From a virus (taxonomy: Duplodnaviria > Caudoviricetes), in IMG/VR virus record IMGVR_UViG_2529293058_000001, positions 3,835-67,834 of that record: a stretch of DNA of 64,000 nucleotides; one strand, given 5' to 3'. Under the pieces are notes generated by a model. That model saw nothing but the letters and a program-made list of their open reading frames with translations. It searched no databases and was not told the DNA's origin. Both the position numbers and the translations under genes were made by a program. This document shows, piece after piece, positions 1-9,181 of this stretch; positions within the stretch are counted from its first letter, which is position 1; each line of letters starts with the position of its first letter.

Positions 1-3000
1 ACGGTCTTTCAGACGCTCGGTAAAAGCAAGTATATCACGCTCTTCCTCCATCTTGTCCAGTTCACGATAGAGGGAGACACGTTCGGAGTCATTCGGGATG
101 TAGGTCGGAGGGAACATCAGTTCCAAATCGCTTTCGATATAGGTTTCACGGACATATTCGCTACCGGTGTCGGGGCGATTTTCGGTAGCGTTGGAATACA
201 GGTCGGCAAATTCTTCCGCTTTCAGTTCGTCAACGGCTTCTTCCAGGATTTTCTGGTACGTTTCGTAGCCCAAGTCGGCGATGAAACCGCTTTGTTCGGC
301 ACCTAACATATTACCGGCACCCCGGATGTCAAGGTCCTGCATGGCGATATGGATGCCGCTTCCCAACTCTGAAAAATTCTCGATCGCCTGCAAACGACGG
401 CGTGCTTCCTGCGTAAGACTTGACAAGGGTGGAGAGAGGAGATAACAGAAGGCTTTCCGGTTACTTCGCCCGACACGACCGCGTAGTTGATGCAGATCGG
501 ACAATCCGAACTGTTGTGCATTATTGATGATGATCGTATTTGCATTCGGTACGTCGATGCCACTCTCCACAATGCTCGTGGCGATCAGTACATCGTATTC
601 GTAATTGACGAAATCCAGAATGATCTTTTCCAGCTTCTCCGGTTCCATCTGCCCGTGACCGACAGCGATACGGGCATCCGGCACTTCACGTTTGACAAGT
701 GCTTCCATTTCATAAATATTTTGGATGCGATTGTTGATGAAAAAAACCTGTCCGTTACGGCTCATCTCGAAATTGATGGCTTCTCGGATGATGTCCGGGT
801 TAAAACGTTCTACCTCTGTTTGAACCGGATAGCGGTTGGGTGGGGGAGTCGTGATGCTCGACAAGTCACGGGCTCCCATCAACGAGAATTGCAGGGTACG
901 AGGAATCGGAGTGGCGGTCATGGTGAGCGTGTCGACGTTGGCTTTCAGCTGGCGTAGCTTCTCTTTGACGGATACGCCGAATTTCTGTTCCTCGTCGATA
1001 ATCAGCAGACCGAGATCTTTGAATGTGACATCTTTTCCGACGATTCGATGGGTGCCGATGATAATGTTGATATTTCCTTCTTTCAAGTCTTTCAAAGTTT
1101 CCCTTATCTCTTTCGCCGTACGTGCCCGGCTGATATATTCGATTCGGCAGGGAAAATCTTTCAACCGTTCGGAAAATGTTTGATAGTGCTGGAATGCTAA
1201 TACTGTAGTCGGGACCAGCACGGCAACTTGCTTGTTGTCCGAAACGGCTTTGAAAGCGGCACGAATGGCTACCTCTGTTTTCCCGAAGCCTACATCTCCG
1301 CAAATCAGTCGGTCCATCGGACGGTCGTTCTCCATATCGGCTTTGACATCGGCTGTTGCTTTCATCTGGTCAGGGGTATCTTCGTAGATAAAGCTGGCTT
1401 CCAGTTCGTGCTGCATGAAACTGTCTGGACTGTAAGCGAAACCTTTTTCCTGTTTTCGTTTGGAGTAGAGGAGAATCAAATCGCGGGCGATATCTTTTAC
1501 TTTTGACTTGGTGCGTTCTTTCATCTTCTCCCAGGCTCCTGTTCCGAGTTTACTCAGCTTGGGCGGTTCCCCACTGTCCTTGCCTTTATACTTGGATAGC
1601 TTATGGAGAGAGTGAATGCTGACGAATATAATGTCGTTGTTCTGGTAGATCAGTCTGATGGCTTCCTGCATTTTTCCGTTTACTTCCGTACGGACTAGCC
1701 CGCCGAATTGTCCGATACCATGATCGATATGTACGATATAATCGCCGGTCGTGAATTGGTTCAACTCCTTCAACGACAGAGAGAGTTTTCCACTTCTTGC
1801 TTTATCGCTTTTCAAGTTGAATTTATGAAAGCGGTCGAACAACTGGTGATCCGTGAAAAGGCAGACACGCAAGGTCTCGTCGGCAAAACCTTCATGGATG
1901 GTCTTGTTGACGGAGGTAAAAGGTATGTCGTCTCCCCGATCCTCAAAAATGGCCCTGATACGGGTTGCTTGCTTTTCTACATCGCTCAGTATATATAATG
2001 TATAGCCGTCTTCTAAATATTTATGGAAAGACTCGCTTACCAAATCGAAATTTTTATGATAGATCGGTTGTGCTTCCATTGAGAAAGTCAGGGTGGCATC
2101 GGCTACTCCTGTAGGCCGCGTACCAAAATGGAGCCGGCAGAAACCAAGTGCCGCATGTAGAAAATCCTCTCCGGTAATTAATTTGGCCCGCAGTTGCTCG
2201 ATGTTGGCAAACGATTCTTCGTCCCCGGTGATTGGTTCTTCATTCCAGATACTGCCGATACGTTCTTTTACCCATGCCATGTCTTTGCTAGCGAGCAGTG
2301 TCTCGGATGGCAATGAATCTAGTAAGGATGAGTTGGTCCGGTTTCCTTTTGTCATTTCGGGCACGATATAGATGCTGTCCAGTTTTTCTTTGGATAGCTG
2401 TGTTTCCACATCGAACGAACGGATCGTCTCTACTTCGTTTCCAAAGAAGTCGATACGATAGGGAAATTCATACGAGAACGAGAACACATCTAAGATACTG
2501 CCGCGCATCGCATACTGCCCTGGCTCATAAACATAATCTACCTGCTCGAAGCCGTATTCGTCCAGTACGTCAGAAACAAACATATTGTCCAACCTTTCGC
2601 TGACACTGATCTTCAGCGTGTTTTCTTTCAAGATCTCCCGTGAAATTACTTTCTCCGCCAATGCTTCCGGATAGGTGACAATGATGAAGGGAGCAGTCGG
2701 ATCCTGCAGCGTGCTGAGAACTTCTGTCCGCAGGATTTCGTTGGCTGGATCCACATGTCCGTACTTGATAGCACGTCGGTAAGCGGAAGGAAAGAAATAG
2801 ATTCCGTCACCTCCTGTGAGTTGCACCAGATCGTGATAAAAGTAGCCGGCATCCTCTAGGTCATTCAACACACACACATAACTTCCTCTTCTTTTTGAAA
2901 AAAGAGAAGCTATTATCATTGCGGCCCCTGAACCGTTCAGTCCTTTCAGAAATATATTGCGGGACGTTTTGTTTTTTAACAGGGTATTTAATGCCGCCAC

Positions 3001-3045
3001 TTGCGGATGGGCGGCATATTGTTTTAGTAAATCTTGTACCTCCAA
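1..3045 (-). CDS. mfd: Transcription-repair coupling factor Mfd (3' end outside window; TTG start)
   Basis: Minus-strand translation by eye gives LEVQDLLKQYAAHPQV at the start, RPMDRLICGDVGFGKTEVAIRAAFKAV (Walker A) and DLGLLIIDEEQKFGV (motif II). Confidence 0.96.
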   Translation of the reverse strand, partial: MEVQDLLKQYAAHPQVAALNTLLKNKTSRNIFLKGLNGSGAAMIIASLFSKRRGSYVCVLNDLEDAGYFYHDLVQLTGGDGIYFFPSAYRRAIKYGHVDPANEILRTEVLSTLQDPTAPFIIVTYPEALAEKVISREILKENTLKISVSERLDNMFVSDVLDEYGFEQVDYVYEPGQYAMRGSILDVFSFSYEFPYRIDFFGNEVETIRSFDVETQLSKEKLDSIYIVPEMTKGNRTNSSLLDSLPSETLLASKDMAWVKERIGSIWNEEPITGDEESFANIEQLRAKLITGEDFLHAALGFCRLHFGTRPTGVADATLTFSMEAQPIYHKNFDLVSESFHKYLEDGYTLYILSDVEKQATRIRAIFEDRGDDIPFTSVNKTIHEGFADETLRVCLFTDHQLFDRFHKFNLKSDKARSGKLSLSLKELNQFTTGDYIVHIDHGIGQFGGLVRTEVNGKMQEAIRLIYQNNDIIFVSIHSLHKLSKYKGKDSGEPPKLSKLGTGAWEKMKERTKSKVKDIARDLILLYSKRKQEKGFAYSPDSFMQHELEASFIYEDTPDQMKATADVKADMENDRPMDRLICGDVGFGKTEVAIRAAFKAVSDNKQVAVLVPTTVLAFQHYQTFSERLKDFPCRIEYISRARTAKEIRETLKDLKEGNINIIIGTHRIVGKDVTFKDLGLLIIDEEQKFGVSVKEKLRQLKANVDTLTMTATPIPRTLQFSLMGARDLSSITTPPPNRYPVQTEVERFNPDIIREAINFEMSRNGQVFFINNRIQNIYEMEALVKREVPDARIAVGHGQMEPEKLEKIILDFVNYEYDVLIATSIVESGIDVPNANTIIINNAQQFGLSDLHQLRGRVGRSNRKAFCYLLSPPLSSLTQEARRRLQAIENFSELGSGIHIAMQDLDIRGAGNMLGAEQSGFIADLGYETYQKILEEAVDELKAEEFADLYSNATENRPDTGSEYVRETYIESDLELMFPPTYIPNDSERVSLYRELDKMEEERDILAFTERLKDR

Positions 3046-3217
3046 CGGATGAATTGAAAATTGATAATTATATATGCGCAAAATTACGGAAAATGTTACA
3101 ATAATCTTCCTAAAACCAATGAAAATATCTACCTTCGCGCTTGGGTTGTCAATTGAAATGAGCAGGATCTTCTCATTTTCAATTCTCAATTCTCATTTTT
3201 CAATTAAACAGTGGATT

Positions 3218-3241
3218 ATGTCAGACAGTATTGTTAACTGA
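3218..3241 (+). pseudogene. 5' stub (MSDSIV-N-stop) of a polyprenol/dolichol-phosphate mannose synthase (GT2) gene; probable attL junction
   Basis: atg tca gac agt att gtt aac tga lies divergent from mfd. In Bacteroidales the gene divergent from mfd is a GT2 starting (QT)SDSIVIIPTYNE (recalled). A phage integrase starts 170 nt downstream. Confidence 0.7.
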
Positions 3242-3411
3242 AGCATATTCTTTGTAATGCTAATCTCCCATAACTGATTATTAAAAAGGTTATTGTGGCT
3301 GTTTGAGATATAATGACTTAGGACTATTTGGCCAGTTTTTACCTCCTTACATTGCTGGTTTAACATGGAAGTCTTGCCAGAATAAAAGGCTCCGTTTACA
3401 AATAGTTTACA

Positions 3412-4647
3412 GTGATGGCTTATTTCAAAGTTTGTGTCAGGGGGAAAAGAAAAGATAATACATATCCTATTTATATCAGGGTAACTCACCTTCGTCAAGT
3501 AGGATATATCAAGACAAATAAGGTATGCAAAGCTAAGTTTGTCCGGAATGGTGATATAGCAGACCCTTATATCATTAAAGATGTGTATGTCCAAATAGAA
3601 ACTTATTTGGATCGTTTGAATCGTGTCAATACGGAAGGATGGAATTTGGAGAGGGTTATGAATTTTCTTAAGAATGACCGGGACTCTATTTCGTTTTCTG
3701 ACTTTGGCCGAGAGTTTATCTTGAAAATGGAGAATGAAGGCCGGGGAAGAAGTGCGAAAAACTATCTGTTAGCTCTTAAGAGCATGGAGAGTTACTTTGG
3801 TAACCCAAATATATCTTTTTCCGATATAACGTCCTTTTTTCTGAAGGATTGGATTTCTTCTATGAAAAACAGCAGGCAGAAAAAGAATGCCTATCCGAAT
3901 TGCGTGAAAACCATGTTTAGGGCTGGATGCGATAAATATAATGACTACGATACCGGTGAGATGCGCATCAGGCATGATCCGTTTCGTGTGGTAAAGATAC
4001 CTCCTAAGAATATTGCAGACAAGAAGGCGCTGCCGGTAGATGTTCTCAGGCGTTTTTTTGATGTTGATATTACCTCTTTGAAACCAAGTAAGCGAGGTAT
4101 GCCACCAAGAGCATATATCGCCAAAGATGTATCATTGTTGGTGTTTTGCCTGGTTGGAATAAATACGGTGGATCTTTACAATTTGGGCAAAGGTTGTTAT
4201 AAGGATGGAAAACTCTGCTATAATAGAATGAAGACAAAGGGGCGGAGAGCTGATGAGGCCTATATTGAGATAGAGGTTCCGGATTTAGTAAAACCTTTGT
4301 TTCTTAAATATCAAGGAAGAGGGGACTGGCTGTTTAATTTCAATGAAATATATGCTTCGGATAAAACTTTTAATGATTGCGTGAATAGAGGAATAAAGGA
4401 TATTGTGAGATTGGGTGGTTTACCTCCTGTTTCTACATATTCATTCCGGCATTCTTGGGCTACAATAGCTCAGGTTGTTTTTGAAGCTGGGTTAGATGTT
4501 GTTGGGTTATGTCTAAATCATGCGTCTCCGCTCCGGGTTACGGCTGGTTATGTAAAAACAGACTTTAGTATCATTGATCGTTTAAATATTAAGATACTGA
4601 GGTATGTCTTTGAAGAAAAAATAAAAAAAGGCGGAAATAATTTGTAG
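3412..4647 (+). CDS. int: Phage tyrosine integrase
   Basis: N-terminal arm-binding-like YPIYIRVTH; catalytic region GINTVDL...RMKTKG...YSFRHSWAT...LNH...TAGY, typical of Bacteroidetes tyrosine recombinases. Confidence 0.92.
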   Translation: MMAYFKVCVRGKRKDNTYPIYIRVTHLRQVGYIKTNKVCKAKFVRNGDIADPYIIKDVYVQIETYLDRLNRVNTEGWNLERVMNFLKNDRDSISFSDFGREFILKMENEGRGRSAKNYLLALKSMESYFGNPNISFSDITSFFLKDWISSMKNSRQKKNAYPNCVKTMFRAGCDKYNDYDTGEMRIRHDPFRVVKIPPKNIADKKALPVDVLRRFFDVDITSLKPSKRGMPPRAYIAKDVSLLVFCLVGINTVDLYNLGKGCYKDGKLCYNRMKTKGRRADEAYIEIEVPDLVKPLFLKYQGRGDWLFNFNEIYASDKTFNDCVNRGIKDIVRLGGLPPVSTYSFRHSWATIAQVVFEAGLDVVGLCLNHASPLRVTAGYVKTDFSIIDRLNIKILRYVFEEKIKKGGNNL

Positions 4648-4663
4648 ATTAAGAAAAAGCCTC

Positions 4664-4807
4664 TATATTTGCGGTTGAAATAGCGAGTTGGATTTTGAAC
4701 GAAAGTTTGAGGTCCAACTTTTTGTGTTTATATATATTGTCTTAAACTTTCTTGTAAATATCCGATAAATAACCACTTACCTGGTGCCTTCCATAAAATT
4801 AGGCACA
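4664..4807 (+). promoter_or_regulatory. Replication-operon leader: TAnnTTTG promoter, terminator-like hairpin, start-proximal hairpin
   Basis: TATATTTG at 4664-4671; AGTTGGA/TCCAACT stem (4686-4719) with GAAA loop and T-run; GTGCCT/AGGCAC stem (4784-4806) ending 1 nt before ATG 4808. Confidence 0.7.
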
Positions 4808-5920
4808 ATGACAATATCTGTTTCAAAAAATATGTTGCTTGCGAAATTGCAGCAACTTTCTCGAATAATTCCGTCGAAATCTACGACTCCGATAGTATGC
4901 AACTACCTGTTCGAAATAAAAGATGGACGGTTGTTTATTACGACTGCCAATGATGAAGGCAGGATTACGGCCAGTTTGGAATGTATGGCAGAGGAAGATC
5001 TTTCAATCTGTGTTCCTGCCTCCATTCTTGATGGGCTGAAAACATTGCCGGAGCAGCCTCTTGATATTTATATCAATCCGGACAATAAATCGATTCTTAT
5101 TAAATATTATGGAGGTAAATTCGAGGTCGTCGGATATGATTCGAAGCCTTTCCCGCAAAAGAAAAAGACAGAGATTCTTGACGAAATCCGGACTACGGCG
5201 GAAGAATTCAATAACGGTATCTCCAAAGTGATCAATTTTGCAGCTGCAGACGAACTGCGCCCTATTATGAACTCCGTATCTATTGAAACGGCTCCGGGAG
5301 AAATCATCTTTGTTTCTTCTAATGGACATGGGCTTGGTTTGTTTAAGAGAAAAAAACAATGTTGCACAGAGACCTGTTCGGTAATCATCAGCCGACAGAT
5401 CGCATCTGTTTTGAAAGGGCTGATTCCGTTATCTGAAGAAGAACTAACAATTAAAGTAGGAAGCGATTGGTCGGAAATCTCTTTCGAGGATTACGAAATT
5501 TCTTTTCGTAATGTGGAAGGTCGTTATCCCAATTGGCGGGCTGTTGTTCCGAAATCCAACAATCTTGAACTGAAAACGGATACCAAATTACTATTGGGAG
5601 CCATAAAGCGCACTTCTGTATTTTCAAGTAAAGTATCATGCCTTATAAAGTTGAGTGCCCGTTATGATAAGCTTGTTGTATCGGCCCAGGACTTGGATTA
5701 TTCCACTTCTGCGGAAGAAACCATTCCGGTAGAATTTGGAGAAAGGGAGTTTATTATCGGTGTGAAAGCGACTTTGATACAAGATATGATTTCTTGTATT
5801 GACGGTGATCGTTCGATACTTTCTTTCGGCACTCCCAGTACCGCTATTCTCATTGCCCCGGAGAAGCAAGCCGAGGGTGAAGAACTTACCTATTTATTAA
5901 TGCCTATGACAATCCAGTAA
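4808..5920 (+). CDS. dnaN: Phage-encoded DNA polymerase III beta sliding clamp
   Basis: Three-domain clamp motifs DELRPIMNSV, VSSNGHGL, EGRYPNWRAVVP and C-terminal YLLMPM. ATG 4808 is preferred over GTG 4784. Confidence 0.92.
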   Translation: MTISVSKNMLLAKLQQLSRIIPSKSTTPIVCNYLFEIKDGRLFITTANDEGRITASLECMAEEDLSICVPASILDGLKTLPEQPLDIYINPDNKSILIKYYGGKFEVVGYDSKPFPQKKKTEILDEIRTTAEEFNNGISKVINFAAADELRPIMNSVSIETAPGEIIFVSSNGHGLGLFKRKKQCCTETCSVIISRQIASVLKGLIPLSEEELTIKVGSDWSEISFEDYEISFRNVEGRYPNWRAVVPKSNNLELKTDTKLLLGAIKRTSVFSSKVSCLIKLSARYDKLVVSAQDLDYSTSAEETIPVEFGEREFIIGVKATLIQDMISCIDGDRSILSFGTPSTAILIAPEKQAEGEELTYLLMPMTIQ

Positions 5921-5923
5921 GTT

Positions 5924-6325
5924 ATGAAAGAGTTCAAAGATACAATACAGAAATATTTGCAGGAGAGAGCAGTGGAAGATCCCCTGTTTGCTCCAAAGTT
6001 TACCAATCCAAATAAGAGTATTGATGAATGCTGCCGTTACATTTTAGGAGAGGCTCGTAAACGAGGAACTGCTGTTGCAATGAGTGATGCAGAAGTCTTT
6101 GGGATGGCCGTACATTATTATGACGAAGAGAATATCAAGATAGAAAAAGTTTCTGCCGGTTGCTTTGTTTCTTCTTCTCATAAGGTAGAACTTTCGGAAG
6201 AAGAAAAGAATGCTGCCCGTGAAGCGGCTATCAAACGGTTGGCCGAAGAGCAATACCGATTGCTCAAAAAGAAGCCTGCAAAGAAAAAAGCAGATGCAAA
6301 TGTCCAACAAATGAGTCTGTTTTAA
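5924..6325 (+). CDS. PcfK-like / AcrIIA9-family protein
   Basis: FKDTIQKYLQERA..DPLFA, KSIDECCRYI, MSDAEVFGMAVHYYDE, HKVELSEEEK and QMSLF end; sits directly upstream of PcfJ. Confidence 0.8.
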   Translation: MKEFKDTIQKYLQERAVEDPLFAPKFTNPNKSIDECCRYILGEARKRGTAVAMSDAEVFGMAVHYYDEENIKIEKVSAGCFVSSSHKVELSEEEKNAAREAAIKRLAEEQYRLLKKKPAKKKADANVQQMSLF

Positions 6326-6326
6326 T

Positions 6327-7646
6327 ATGAAGCCGAGAACGAAATTGGAAAAACGGGTGACGGAGTTAAGTGGAAAGCTGCCTGCCATCACGAAGGAACA
6401 GAAAGACTGGGCCAAAGAGCATCTGTTTGACCATTTTGCCTACAAATGTAAGGATGAGCTATGGTGTTCCGAATGTGGTAAGATGTGGGTCAATACGAGT
6501 AAAGATAAATTGGGTGACAAAATCGAATGCCCTTATTGCCATCATCAATTGGACGTAAAGGTTAGCCGGAAGCAGAAGATCCGTGAAGAGGCGTATATGT
6601 CCATCCTGCAAGTGAAAGGCGGGTTCCAGGTGATCCGGCATATACTATGCTGGAAAAATGTTCGGAAAGAAACTTCTCCGGTGTATTATGATTTTACAGA
6701 AGTGGTTCAAGAGTGGATTCGTGAAGACGGAAAACGTACGATCATAGCCCGACCGATTAATATGGGAGGTAACGGATTTGCGTATAGTTCACCTCTCAGC
6801 ATCAAAGGAGAATATGGAAGTAATCCATATAACTATTACGGTGATTTGTATGCGATATATGGAGAGCTTTATCCAAGGAAAGAGCTGCTGCCGGAATTGA
6901 AAAAACGGGGACTGAATCGATGGTTCCCAGATGTAATCCCGTCAAAATTGATACGTGACTTGTTGAAAGGCGGAAATGATGTGGAACTGTGTCTCAAGAC
7001 CGGGCAAATATCCATGTTGAAGCACATGTATAAAAACGGCTTCTGTCAACTTCGCTATAAACCGTCGTTCAACATCTGCAACCGCAACCATTACATCATT
7101 AAGGACGCTTCTATGTGGGAAGATTATATGTCTTTACTATCTTATTTTGGCAAGGACTTGCATAACGCGCATTATGTCTGTCCCAAGAACCTGAAAGTTG
7201 CACATGATAGGCTCTTGAAAAAGAAAACGGCAATAGAAGCCAAGTTGAGACAGGAAAGGAACCGTATAGCAGCTATCCGTAGGCGTGAAAAGCTCATGAA
7301 GGATATAGCCGGCTTCTACGAACGGATGAAAAAGTTCTTTGGGATGAAAATCACGGATGGCAACATAGTCATTTGCCCGTTGGAGAGTATAACCCAGTTT
7401 TATCAGGAAGGAAAGGCGATGCACCATTGCGTGTATAGTAATGGGTATTATAAACGGTCGGATTGTTTGATTCTGTCTGCCAAAGATACCGACGGAAAGC
7501 GTATCGAGACGATAGAGGTGAACTTGAAGACGCTGAATATCGTCCAATCCCGAGCCGTCTGCAATGGTGTAAGCGAGTATCACGACCAGATAGTAAAGCT
7601 GGTGAAGAAGAATATGAACCTGATTCGTCAGAAATTGATAGCGTAA
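6327..7646 (+). CDS. PcfJ-like protein
   Basis: Zn-ribbon CSECG/CPYC at the N-terminus; C-terminal EGKAMHHCV...LILSA...RIETIEV motif. Confidence 0.88.
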   Translation: MKPRTKLEKRVTELSGKLPAITKEQKDWAKEHLFDHFAYKCKDELWCSECGKMWVNTSKDKLGDKIECPYCHHQLDVKVSRKQKIREEAYMSILQVKGGFQVIRHILCWKNVRKETSPVYYDFTEVVQEWIREDGKRTIIARPINMGGNGFAYSSPLSIKGEYGSNPYNYYGDLYAIYGELYPRKELLPELKKRGLNRWFPDVIPSKLIRDLLKGGNDVELCLKTGQISMLKHMYKNGFCQLRYKPSFNICNRNHYIIKDASMWEDYMSLLSYFGKDLHNAHYVCPKNLKVAHDRLLKKKTAIEAKLRQERNRIAAIRRREKLMKDIAGFYERMKKFFGMKITDGNIVICPLESITQFYQEGKAMHHCVYSNGYYKRSDCLILSAKDTDGKRIETIEVNLKTLNIVQSRAVCNGVSEYHDQIVKLVKKNMNLIRQKLIA

Positions 7647-7656
7647 ATTTACAAGG

Positions 7657-8616
7657 ATGACTTACATTGAACTTATAAATAATTTTTGGGAATTGGATGA
7701 AGACTGGCAATTTACCTGCTGTGAAACGAGGCTTTATTTTTATTTGTTGAAAACAGCGAATCGTTTAGGCTGGGTGGATAGCTGGACGCGTAGCGATGCA
7801 AAGGTGTCGTCTGACGTGGGAGTGTCAGTCAATTCGATGAAAACAGCCCGTAATAGATTAGTTCAAGCAGGTCTGATAGAATTTAAATCGGGAGGAAATG
7901 GACAGCGGGATAAAACGAGGTATATCGTTAGGTGTCAAAATTTGATACCTAAACTACAACCTAAACATGAACCTAACCTTATACCTAATCATGAACCTAA
8001 ACCGCAACCATATATTAATAAGACTAAGATAAAGACTAAGAATATTAATATCCCCCCCACACCCCCCAAGGGGGTTGACAAAGCAAAAGAAAAAGAGCTT
8101 TTGGAAAAGGAGGAGGCCTTGCGTGTTTTGGAAGAAGAGTTGAAGAAACGGGAGGCGGAACTGGGTGCACAATCGGACAATCCACCATCCAAACCGAAAA
8201 AGCGTCCTAATCCGTTGAACTCAGAAGCAAGGAAACTTTTCGAGGAACGCTATCAGGTTCTTTTCTCATCCAGCTATTACTGGAGTGCGAAAGATGCTGG
8301 AAATATGTCTTCTTTGCTCAAGAAGTTGAAATTTCAACGGGAGAAGAAGAATTTGCCTATTGACGACCAAGGCGTGTTGAATGCTTTGAAGTACTTATTG
8401 GATTCAATCACTGATGGATGGATATTGGAAAACTTCAGTGTGACGAATATTAATTCGAAGTTTAATGAAATTGTCTCACAGATAATGGCAAAGAAACAAG
8501 AACATGGAAATACTAAACATACAGACGGAGCGAAAGCCCGTGAACAACAAACCGATAGAGAAATCATGGAATATGCCCGTAGTGCCTTCAGAAAAGACGT
8601 ATTCGGTGATTCGTAG
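7657..8616 (+). CDS. Phage replication initiator (lambda O-like)
   Basis: N-terminal wHTH (MTYIELINNFW...LYFYLL) and a low-complexity linker containing iterons. Confidence 0.7.
   Translation: MTYIELINNFWELDEDWQFTCCETRLYFYLLKTANRLGWVDSWTRSDAKVSSDVGVSVNSMKTARNRLVQAGLIEFKSGGNGQRDKTRYIVRCQNLIPKLQPKHEPNLIPNHEPKPQPYINKTKIKTKNINIPPTPPKGVDKAKEKELLEKEEALRVLEEELKKREAELGAQSDNPPSKPKKRPNPLNSEARKLFEERYQVLFSSSYYWSAKDAGNMSSLLKKLKFQREKKNLPIDDQGVLNALKYLLDSITDGWILENFSVTNINSKFNEIVSQIMAKKQEHGNTKHTDGAKAREQQTDREIMEYARSAFRKDVFGDS
7947..8000 (+). repeat. Iteron-like repeats, probable phage ori
   Basis: ACCTAA recurs at 7947, 7959, 7971, 7983 and 7995 (12-nt period) inside the initiator gene. Confidence 0.65.
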
Positions 8617-9142
8617 ATACGGGGATGGGGAAAGCTTTGCGAAGACATTCAACCCGTCTTTACAGACGATATGTGCCCAAAACATAGAACGGTCCTTTTT
8701 GGGCGATGCTCCATCACTGGCATTGCTGTCGCAAACTTATCCAAATGAGCAGGTAAACACTTGGATTATTGCCCATTTGATGGATTTATACAAATTCGCA
8801 GGGGTTAAGGAGAAGCCTTCGTTCCAGCAAGTTTTGGAGCTTGCTGTGATGATACGGGTTGAATATTATTATTTCAAGGCTTCTGAATTGCTGTTGTTTT
8901 TCTTCAAGTTCAAATCCGGGGAATATGGCACGTTCTATGGTGTTGTCGATCCGATGGTGATTATGGCAGCCCTAATTGAATTCAAGGCCTACCGCCGGCA
9001 GCAACTGGAAATATACGACCGTGAGATACAGCGCAAGAAACGGGAAGAGCAATGGGCGGAATGGGAAAGGAAGGCTGTACCCTGTCCGGTGCACTTGAAA
9101 CTGGCGAAAGCGTTTGTGGAGGAAGTACAAGATGCAGAATGA
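8504..9142 (+). CDS. Conserved Bacteroidetes phage replication-associated protein (DUF6633-like)
   Basis: Follows the initiator; YYYFKASELLLFFFKFKSGEYGTFYGVVDPM motif. Confidence 0.6.
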   Translation: MEILNIQTERKPVNNKPIEKSWNMPVVPSEKTYSVIRRYGDGESFAKTFNPSLQTICAQNIERSFLGDAPSLALLSQTYPNEQVNTWIIAHLMDLYKFAGVKEKPSFQQVLELAVMIRVEYYYFKASELLLFFFKFKSGEYGTFYGVVDPMVIMAALIEFKAYRRQQLEIYDREIQRKKREEQWAEWERKAVPCPVHLKLAKAFVEEVQDAE

Positions 9143-9181
9143 ATATAATCTTTGAATAAAAAATCATTAAAAGTTACAATT

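Noticed and set aside
303-3104. Many short plus- and minus-strand ORFs in the track
   Set aside because: Shadows of the long minus-strand mfd frame, which the track misses because it runs off the window.
3171-3205. TTCTCA(A/T)TT short tandem repeats
   Set aside because: Low-complexity intergenic repeats with no spacers; not CRISPR and no evident function.
8052-8067. C7 and C6 runs in the initiator gene as a possible phase-variation tract
   Set aside because: They encode the IPPTPP linker common in phage initiators, the frame is intact, and switching an essential gene is implausible.
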